This document shows, piece after piece, positions 37,251 through 46,260 of a DNA stretch of 64,000 nt. The stretch comes from Lama guanicoe (taxonomy: Eukaryota): NCBI GenBank assembly GCA_013239625.1, contig MU054323.1, positions 3,336,161-3,400,160 of the forward strand, given 5' to 3'. The position numbers and the translations under genes are program-made. The notes beneath the pieces were generated by a model. It worked only from the letters and a program-made list of their open reading frames with translations, was not told the origin of the DNA and made no database searches. How positions within the stretch are numbered: the first letter of the stretch is position 1; each line of letters starts with the position of its first letter.

Positions 37251-40200
37251 TCATGTCTTGCATCATTAATAGGCTTCTAACCACTGCTTGACTTTCAGAG
37301 CAAGACAGCAGAGCCAGGCGACCACAATGAGCATCCCAAAGACAGAGACTCCCATATCTGCTGTGGGCCCCCATCCCATGCCATGCCTCATGCTGGGCTC
37401 ATAATAAAGTGTCCACCCTCAGGAAGCACCCAGGGTAGCAGGAAGCCAGTGTGGAAACAGACACCCGCAGTGATAGAGTGAGAGGTCCCAGGAGGAATGA
37501 CTCAGAAAGTATGGGGGCACAGAGGATGCTGTGCCTTTCCTTAGAGGAGCTTTGACCTGGGCCTTAAATTTGAGCAGGCACTGAGGTAGCACTGCTGAGG
37601 GCCTGATGTGGGGGTACCCTCACACTCATACCCACACACCCCAAGTGGGTGCAAATCTCATGTGGCTCAAGGATCGGTTGGTATTGGGGTTGTAGGGGGG
37701 GGTGCAGCTATGTTAGGGAGGGGGAGGATGGGAGAAAGCCAGGCGAGGGCTGTGCCCACGGCCAGGAAGAGCTGGCAGGACCCCAAGCCCCTCTAGGCTC
37801 CCTGGCTGGGGGCCTCCTCCAGCTACTGCAGCTCCAGGAACCAGGAGCTTCCCTCCTCCTGAGGCAGCCCAGCCCACCTTTCCCCAGAGACAGGGGGTGG
37901 GGTGGGGCTGATGGGGAGAGAGGTTGGAGCACGGCCTCAGGAGCCCCTCTGTGCAGTAGTTCCCTGCAGCCCTGCTGAGAAGATGCTGTCTCTCCCAGAT
38001 GCTGCTTTGGGGTCCACTGACCATCAGCGCCTAACCTGGGTGGGTGGGTGAGACCGCCTTCCTTGAGGCCCAGCTCTGGGACTGTATCTTCTGCTCCAGT
38101 TAGACCCTGCCCTTGACTGCCAGCTCTGAGAACAACCTTATCACAGGTGTCTTTTCCCTCGGGCTCCATGTGAAAAGGTACCAGAGGGAGAAAAAGGGGA
38201 TGCCCAGTGAGGTGGGGACACGCCCCACAGGTCCTGCCAGTTTTACTCCTTAACGATGTCTCAAATCCAGCCTGTCCTCCCCACCCCAGCCTCCACTGTC
38301 CCTGGGCCTCCGTCCCCTCTCCCTCTGCAATTCCTAATCCTTCCTGCATCTGCTCTGAGGCTCTCCTCCAGCCCTCAGAGAGGTCACAAGGCAGTGACCG
38401 CTGCTTTCTTACCACATTGTAGCCTCCTCCCTTCTCACACCTGCTCTCACTACACATCCAGCATGAAGCCTCTTGAGTCCTTATTTTTGCTGAAGCTGTG
38501 CCTTCGGCCTGGAATGCCCTCTACCCCTTGTTGGAAAGGCTGATTTGAATCTGTCCTTCAAGACTCAATTCAATTACCACCTCTGGGCACCTCCCCCCTG
38601 ACGCCAAGCGGGGTTAGTTGCCCTGAGCCCCCACCAGCCCCCATCGAGCTCTCTATCATTGAAATCTCTCTCTCAGTGTCCATCTCCTGTTGGACCCCAA
38701 ACTCCCTGAGAACAGGGCTGCGCATCTTTGTTCTGGAAGTGATAACATAGTGCTCTCCAGAGAAAACTCAGGAGGCAAGCAAGGCAGAAAATGCAATTTC
38801 AGGCAGAAATCGGCTGCAAATTAAGGTGGACAATCAATGTGAGAGAAGATGGCTCATTAGTTTAGAAAATAACTTGAAAGAACTCAGTGGAAAATTCAGT
38901 GATTCCCCATCCCCATATATGTACAAATGTGCACACACACACCCACCCCCCAGGTCACATGGGTGTGACCTAAAGGTGAGGGGACTATGAAATAGTGCTC
39001 AATTGCTCCGTTCTCAGACATGGGGAGGCGGGAGTCTTGGGAAAGCAGAAAAGAGAGGAGGTGAAGGGGGTCAAGGTCGTGGGAAGCAGGGCAGCAAGCT
39101 GACATCTGAGGACAGATGGGCAGAGAAATTGCTTGAGGCCAGGATGCCAGAGGAACATGAAGATGATGTTTAAACCCCTTCACATTAGCTTCTTCACCGT
39201 GAGTCTCAAGCACTCAGGAAAGCCTATTTTATGGCACCACCTTGTCCAGCAGGGTCCTGGCGTGGGGGTGACCCAGGGCCAGCACAGAGCAGGAAGGAGA
39301 ATCAACAGAGTGAGGAGAGAGTGGTGGACACAGCGCAGTTTGGCCCATTTGGGTACGACGAAAGCAGGCAGCCCAGGAGGCTGGGATCTTGGAAGCATGC
39401 AGCTCCCACGCTGGGGGGACGTCCTTCCCATCCTACTGTCAACTGGGGTCACCACTGTGGGCTCAGGGGCCAGGCTGCCAGCATCCAAATCCCAGCTCTA
39501 GTGGGTACGGTACTTCCCCTCCGTACAGCAGGTTTTGTCTGCAAACTGGGAACGGTTCACAGCAGGGTATCTCCTAGCCGGTTGAGAAGCTGTCTGTAGT
39601 GATGCTATGTCTAGCAGTGTCTGGCCCACAGTGAAAGTAGTAATATCCAGGGAGCCAGTTCTGCAACTGTGCCCTCACTGTCTAAGGACAGGCAAGAAAT
39701 AGGCACTCGGTGTTTTTGGTGTTTGTTGAATGAATGAATCATCTGAGGGCTCTCTCAGCCTCTGAGCCTCTCAGGCACAATGTGCCAGGGAGAGTAGAAC
39801 TCACTCTGCAAAGCTACCCCAAGCCTGCTGTCCCTGCCCCGCCAGCAGGTGCAGGGCCCCAGAAGCAATGGTTCCCCTGCTGCCCTGCGCTCCAAGGACA
39901 CACCCAGGCTCTGGCGTCAGGGACTGGCCCGCACCCAGGGCCAGAGACCAGGTCAGCTGCCAAGGGCCCCAGGCGGGGAGACCTGTCCTGGAGGAACAGC
40001 TGAGGGGCTGGGTGGGAGTCAGCAGTCTGGGTGAGGGCGGCTTCATGCCCTTAGAGCACCGGGGCTCCTGCAGTGTGCCGAGTTCTTTCAAGCCCCCAAA
40101 CTTTCACTGTAGTTTTGCCCTAACGTGCAGACAACTTTTTTTTAGACCTTTGGCACCTGAGACAGTTTGCTAATGAGTTTCCAGGAGCTGCAAGACACTG

Positions 40201-40465
40201 AGCAAACAGACTAGGTAGCAAACTTTGGGTCAGAAGGAGGAAAGGAATCATGTCCTTGAGGAAAGGAATAATCTAGAAGGAGAGGCTGGGCGGGAGAGAG
40301 TAAAGCAGAGAGCCTGAGAGGAGGCGAAATGAAGGCCTGACACAGGGCTGGGGGGAGGAGGGCAGAGGTGGACGTGGCTTCCCTTACAGGGAAGGGGACA
40401 AGGAAGGACATCACCAGGCCAAGACGATACTCAACCACCACCGCAGCCCAAAATGACAAGTACCG

Positions 40466-40471
40466 TTTATT
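40466..40471 (-). terminator. SDC1: Distal polyadenylation signal AATAAA
   Basis: Minus strand reads catgtaactAATAAAcggtacttgtcattttgggctgcggtggtggttg; GU-rich downstream. Confidence 0.8.
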
Positions 40472-41158
40472 AGTTACATGAATGGGCCCCGCCACAGGCT
40501 GGGCGCCGTCCCACAGACCAGCAGAGGTGAGCAGTCACAGACCCCATTCCCACCCCCGAGTTGTGTTCAGTCATACACTCTGCGCAGAAAGTCCCCGGAT
40601 GGAACACGGGTTCCCTTCATTGGGTGGGGTGTCCCTCTGAGTCACAGACGGTCCCCTCTCAGAGGGGCCAACAGGGCGGCTGGAACATTGTCAAATTAAA
40701 TAAGCAAGCACAGGAGTTCCCAGGAGCCAGGGCCGGGGGCCTCTGGTCCCAGCAAAGGTGTGAGAAGAGGGCCGTCCAAGGTGTCTGAGACGCAGGCCTT
40801 GGCTCCAGGCCTCTGTGGGGCCTGTGGCCTCAGGTCAGCTGGACTGGGGCCGACACAGCTTCGTTGTCATTTAGGAGACGGTCCTTCGAACTTGGCAACA
40901 CAGAAATTTACATCAGGCCTTATATAACCTTGGCTGAACCTACCAAACTCCAGAAGAATTTTAGCAAAGACGAAAAAACAAGCCAACTAGAGGGACTCTG
41001 GCCCCAGACTCCGTCCCCACAGGAAAGAGGAAGGCATGGAGCTTTTAGCCAAGTTTCTCAATATCACTAGCACTGAGAGAAAAAGCTGGTCACAGCCACA
41101 CGACCAGCACAGAAAGAAGCAAAGGCAGTGGAGTTCACGTGACTACTTTATATTAAAG

Positions 41159-41164
41159 TTTATT
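41159..41164 (-). terminator. SDC1: Proximal polyadenylation signal AATAAA
   Basis: Minus strand reads aaatgtAATAAActttaatataaagtag; AT-rich context with upstream TGTA. Confidence 0.8.
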
Positions 41165-41729
41165 ACATTTGGAAAAACTACTGTACAGGGAAAAACCCAT
41201 TGGATTAAGTAGAGTTTTGCCAAAAGCAAAAGACTATCACTCTTTGGAACATTCCTGATTCCAGCCCAGGGCAGGGCCACAGGAGCTAATCGAAAGTGAA
41301 CCTGGTCCTTTGTGGGGCAGCTCAGTGCAGGTGTGCCCAAGACCCCTCTCAGCACCTCCCAGGAAGAAGTGTCCCCCAGAGGGGACATCAAAGGAAGGGC
41401 TTGGTCTATGGGAGATTCTCGGGGCCCACCGCACCTTTCCCGCCCCCACGGTCCTCTCTCCTCGGTCCCCAGCCTGAGGCGCCAGGATTCCATTCTCACA
41501 CAGGCCCCTCAGCATCACAGCTGCCCTGGCCACCGCCCTGGCCCCAAGTTCATGGACAAGGGCATGACTGCTCTAAGAGGGGACTGCCCATGGCAGCCGG
41601 AATCTACCAGCCCACCAACGGGGCCCCCCAGCAGACATTCCGTACCCTGTTGCACACATGAGCGACAAACTCAGAGACAACACACGAGCTAATGAGCCTA
41701 TACGCTGGCTTCGGATTTGGTTCTCCTAG

Positions 41730-41768
41730 AAAAAAAAAAAAAAAAAAAAGAAGAAGAAGAAGAAGAGG
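41730..41768. repeat. A20(GAA)n tract ((UUC)n-U20 in the SDC1 mRNA)
   Basis: Direct sequence reading. Confidence 0.9.
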
Positions 41769-42431
41769 AAGGTCTTCTTAACCCTGATGCTATCTCCTGA
41801 CGGTAGACGAGGGAAGCAGATGGGGGATGACCGAATCAACTTACTTAACTTACGTTGGAAGTAACAAAGTCTACTGGGCTATGAACAAAGAAACTAGAGG
41901 GAACATGTGCAAAAACAAGTTGACATCTAAGTTACACCTCCCCACAAAGCAAAGTGAATTCTGACAGAGCTCTGACCTCCTCTCCCCGCCACTCAAAGGG
42001 AAACGTCCCCAAGCCTGTTGGCCTCTACCAGTAAGTGCTACAGGTGTGTCAGCCCTCAGCCACAGCATCTTCCAGCCACGGTGAGCCATCCGGGTCCAGC
42101 ACAGCAGGGTCTCCCTTCTCTGCAGGGCTGGGCCTGGGGAGAGGCTGCTCCGGTTTGGAGAAACTTGATCGGCGTGGTGGGATGCCCAGTGCTGGCTGCG
42201 GTGGAAAGGTCGATCGTACGTGAGAAAGCCCTTGTGCCCAAGTCTCCAGGCAGAAGTCAGAGAAGCAGAAGGGAGTCCCTGGGCACAGCCTGGACTCCGC
42301 GGGCAGGGAGCCACCGGCAGGGAGCACCAGGGAGGTGGCATGTGGCAGGGGAGGCAGGGTCTGCAGTTCTTCACAGAAGAGGCAAGTGGAGGCCTAGCGA
42401 GTGGCAGGGGGAGGGGAGAAGCACTCCCCGG

Positions 42432-42601
42432 TCAGGCGTAGAACTCCTCCTGCTTGCTGGGCTTCTGGTAGGCCCCGCCATTGGCTTGTTTTGGCTCCTC
42501 CAAGGAGTAGCTGCCCTCATCCTTCTTCTTCATCCGGTACAGCATGAAACCCACCAGGCACACGGTGAAGATGAGGCCCACGAGGCCTCCAGCAATGACC
42601 C
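42432..42601 (-). CDS. SDC1: Syndecan-1 coding exon 5 (TM VIAGGLVGLIFTVCLVGFMLY and cytoplasmic tail RMKKKDEGSYSLEEPKQANGGAYQKPSKQEEFYA*)
   Basis: 170 coding nt; acceptor CAG at 42602-42604; TGA at 42432-42434; syndecan C1/V/C2 domain. Confidence 0.98.
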
Positions 42602-42772
42602 CTGGGGCGGGCAGGGAGGACAGAGGCCAGCTCAGCTCGGCTGCTCCTTGCGCTCAGCAGCAGCCCCAGAGGGGGCCTTGGCTGTGGGCAGCCCCACCAG
42701 GGCTAAAGACAGCCCCCCATCCCCAGAGCAGCAGTTTGCCACCCCCCACCACCCACCAGAGAGAAAACTCAC

Positions 42773-42908
42773 CCCCTAGCACTTCCTTCCTGTCCAAGAG
42801 GCCCTGTGAGGCCCCCGTGGCCCCAGGATCCACTGGAAGCTCATTCCGCTGGTCAGGTTCCTCCGCGGCCCTCGGGTTGTTCTCCTCGGATACATCAAAG
42901 GTGAAGTC
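42773..42908 (-). CDS. SDC1: Syndecan-1 coding exon 4 (juxtamembrane DFTF...GLLDRKEVLG)
   Basis: 136 nt inside ORF 42654..42983; acceptor CAG at 42909-42911, donor G|GTGAGT at 42767-42772. Confidence 0.97.
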
Positions 42909-43473
42909 CTGCGGCAGTGGGGGGATCAGGTTGGGGGCTGCATCCAGTTCCATCTCCAGCCTCCCTGTCACTGCCACCACCACTCAGACACTCCCAAACC
43001 CAGACCTCCTGGACCCCAAAGCCAGGTCCCTCTCGCCACATCACCCTGGACCCTGGCAGGGGTATCACACCGAGTGATACAAAGCACACTTTTTATATGA
43101 AAATAAATAGGTTCATTTTACTGTAAAGGGTAAAATGACCATGACCCTAAAGAGAAAACTCAGACCCGGCAGAGCTTTCACAGTCACAGCCGAGGCCTAA
43201 GTTTAGGAAGCCCTCTCCTCAGTGATCGTGAAGGACTCTTACTCTGGTCTCCTGTTGAGTCCGTCCTGCCCTAGGCTCAGCCCTGGGGGGTGGGGGGAGG
43301 CCCATGGTGGGAAACACGATGTGCTCACAAGCACAGGGGGTTGGGTGTGTCAGATGGCCAGGCCGGTGCCCCTCACCCCATGCACTGTGCTCTCCCAGGT
43401 ACCGGGGGCCACCCTGCCCACTGCCATCCAATGTCCCAGGAAATGCATTAGACGACAGTGGGCCGACACACAC

Positions 43474-43952
43474 CTGCTCCCCAGAGCCCTCTGCTACTGG
43501 GAGTTGGGTAGAAGCTTCGTCCTCAGGAGCCTTCTCAGTGGCAGGAGGGCCTCCACCCTCCACCCTGGGAGTTTGAGAGTCGAGCTGGCCATGACCTGTG
43601 GGAGCTGAGGTCTCGTGGTAGTCAGGCTGCATGTCCCTGTGGGGATGGGAGGTGGCAGGCCCCTGGGCCGTGGTGGCTCTGGCTGTTGATGCCCGGTGGG
43701 TGGTTGGGTGCAGCGTGGTCTCACCAGGGGGGTGGGTGGCCTCCTTCTCTTGGGCTGTAGAGTCAGGCACCACCTTTGCCACCAGCACTGCCTCTTCCTC
43801 GTCTCGCCGCTCTCCAGTCAGCAGGACAGAGGTGGAGGCGGCAAAGGTGTCCGGGCTGGTGGGCTCTGGAGCCACGGGCATGGCTGTCAGAAGCCCCATG
43901 TCCTTCCAGGTGGAGGGCATCTGTGGTGACAAGATGGTATCTGGCAGAGCAC
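43474..43952 (-). CDS. SDC1: Syndecan-1 coding exon 3 (T/S/P-rich ectodomain, GALPDT...AEGSGEQ)
   Basis: 479 nt inside ORF 43219..44067; acceptor CAG at 43953-43955, donor CAG|GTGTGT; phase consistent with exon 2 (148+479 = 627 nt = 209 codons). Confidence 0.96.
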
Positions 43953-44811
43953 CTGCAGGGCCAGAAGCAGAGCTTGTGGGTGGGGAAGGCCCCGGAACAC
44001 AAAGACCAGCCAAGCACAGGCCAAGGAAGGCGGGGTGAGAACACACGGCTGACTCCCAGGCCAGCACAGTGAACCCTTCCTTTAAGTGAGAAAGCTGTGT
44101 TTCCTGGGGAAGAACTAGCCGAAACTAAACTCAACTTCCTCTAGAAGTCGGACCGGGAAGCTGCCCTCTTCCGCTGCAGATGTGTAGGGACAGCCTGGTC
44201 TCTGGAGCCATGAGACACCAAGGCCATCCGGGAAGGAAACTTTCCTGTGATTGCTGAAGCCCGTTCCCTGGGTGGGGACATTCTCAGGGGCCTGAATGCC
44301 TTATCCCCAGTACACACATCTCTCTGGCCCCTCCCTGCTCCACCTGCCCTTTACCCAGAAAGGCCCAGGCTCCCCAAAACAGAGGCCTGGTTCTTACCTC
44401 CCAGCTCCCGGGGCTCTGCCTAGGCCACTTTCCCCGTGGACGACTGTAGCCCTCTTCTGAGGTCTAGTTCAAGAGCACCCCCTCTGGGAGGCCTCCCTGA
44501 CCACCTCCAGCCCAAGGATTTTGCTCCCCCAGAGAAAGGGGAAACAAAGAAGAAAAAGGAACATTTATTGAAGATCTATACCCCACCAGGCTCTGTGCAG
44601 CCTAACAGCTCCCAACAACCTTATGAGGTCAAGACATTGCTCCCATTGTACAGATGAGGAAATAGAGGCTTGGAGAAGTCAAATAACCTGCAGTGTGGAC
44701 CCCGTTCTCTTCCTAGCATCACCCTTCGGGCCCAGCCAGGAGGGCTGCCTGACTGCCACCCCCGCCCACGGTCTGCTGCCGTCTTGGGGTGGGGCCCTCA
44801 TGCCTGCTCAC

Positions 44812-44893
44812 CTGCGCCTGAGCCAGAAAAGTTGTCAGAGTCATCCCCAGAGCCATCCTGATCTTCGGGGGGCATATCTGTGGCCACGATTTG
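44812..44893 (-). CDS. SDC1: Syndecan-1 coding exon 2 (QIVATDMPPEDQDGSGDDSDNFSGSGA; heparan sulfate sites S37/S45/S47, NFS sequon)
   Basis: 82 nt; acceptor ttttccag ending at 44894, donor G|GTGAGC starting at 44811; hallmark DGSGDDSDNFSGSG motif. Too short to appear in the ORF track. Confidence 0.97.
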
Positions 44894-46029
44894 CTGGAAA
44901 ATGATCAGAAAAGGATATGAGTGGAGCCTGGGCTGGGGCCCTGCTATCCTGGGGTCCTCGTCCTAGACAGCAGAGTAAATCAGCCCTGTCCCCAAACACA
45001 CACACACACACACACACACAGCATAGAAAGGAAGTCCTCATGTGTGGCTCCAAGCCCCTCAGCTCTGGGCAGCCCTTTGGCCACCTCCAACCCCTAGTGC
45101 TATGATGACACAGTCCTACGCTAGGTGCTAGAGGTAGAGAAACACACAAAGGAGGGCAGGCCCTTGTCCCAAGAAGCTCAGTCTGGTGAGGGAGCCCCAG
45201 GCCTCTCAGAGGAGCAGAGAGACAACAGCATTACCGGGGACACAAGCTGCAGCGCCCGTGGGAGCCCATCAGCCCACCCTACACTGAGATTCACGACCTG
45301 GGGGCCACTGGCCTGGGAGCTTCAGGGTCCAAGACAGGCTTCCAAGGGCCCCCAAGAACAATGTCATAACCACCTGGCTCCGGAGAGGCAGCCTCCAGGC
45401 ATGCTGAGCACCAGGGTGTGGACAGCAAGGGCCCCACAGTGGGAGGGGCAGGGATGGGCATGGGGTGAGCTGTCTGTGCTGAGGCAGGTCTGCCCACGCA
45501 GAACACACCCCACTCCTAGCCTGCTTTCTCATCTGCAGGAAAAACAGGGTGCAGATCTACTTGGGGAAGGAAGGACAGGACATCCACCAGGCTGGGGACA
45601 GATGGGGGAATCTGGAAGGGGTCCTGTACTAGGGAGGCTCCTGCAAATGGGCTGTGAGCCTGGGGTGGACCCTGGTGCACACAGCCACCCCAGGAATGCT
45701 GCCGGCCTGGCCTGGCCTGAGACGCTGCAGGTGCCCTAGTGCACACGTCTACCAGGCCCTGAAGCAGGGGCCGCACCAGCAGGACCAGGGGTGGGGCCAG
45801 GCAGAGGCAGGACACACCACACACAGCTGAGCAGGCCTGCGCAGAACCCCGGGGCGGCAGGGGGACCACCTCCCCTCAACACTGGCTCCAGGACAGCAGG
45901 TGGGGAAGGGAGGACTCGGCGGTCAGGTGGCAGGAAGAGTAGCCATGAGTATTGTGTTCAACAATAGGGCTTTGACCCAAAAGACCCCATGCTGCAGTCC
46001 CATGTCAGGGGCCAGAACAAAAGATGAAT

Positions 46030-46260
46030 TAAAAAACAGAACAGCATTGTTCAGAGCACATGGGGTTTGCAGACCCCGACCCTTGCTGCTTACTAGCTGA
46101 GCAGCCCTGGGGACATCGCTATCCCTCTTACAGCCTTAGTCTTCCCATCTGTAAAATGGAAGCAGTAGTAATATCTACGTTCCGGGATTGTTGCAAAAGT
46201 TCAATGAAGTTGTGCACAAAAAGAACCTAACAGAGCCTGGCACGCAGTAAGCACCCCACC
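46030..46260 (+). mobile_element. MIR in SDC1 intron 1
   Basis: cttactagctgag..gccttagtcttcccatctgtaaaatgg..gcctggcacgcagtaagca. Confidence 0.7.

Larger units (their letters stand above)
40450..42431 (-). other. SDC1: SDC1 3' UTR (~1.3 kb short form, ~2.0 kb long form)
   Basis: Follows the TGA; two AATAAA hexamers, each with upstream TGTA; contains miRNA 8mer sites and a U-rich tract. Confidence 0.85.

Noticed and set aside
37708..38457. Long ORFs 37708..38457, 22268..22897, 45125..45739, 51609..52280 and 54050..54715
   Set aside because: No recognisable domains or coherent exon structure; several overlap L2/MIR remnants; consistent with chance ORFs.
42420..42434. Stop-codon readthrough of SDC1
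   Set aside because: The TGA is followed by CCGG, not the CTAG readthrough motif, and extension would mask the EFYA PDZ ligand.
42018..42779. 253-aa plus-strand ORF
   Set aside because: Antisense shadow of SDC1 exon 5 and 3' UTR in GC-rich DNA; non-ATG start; no recognisable domain.
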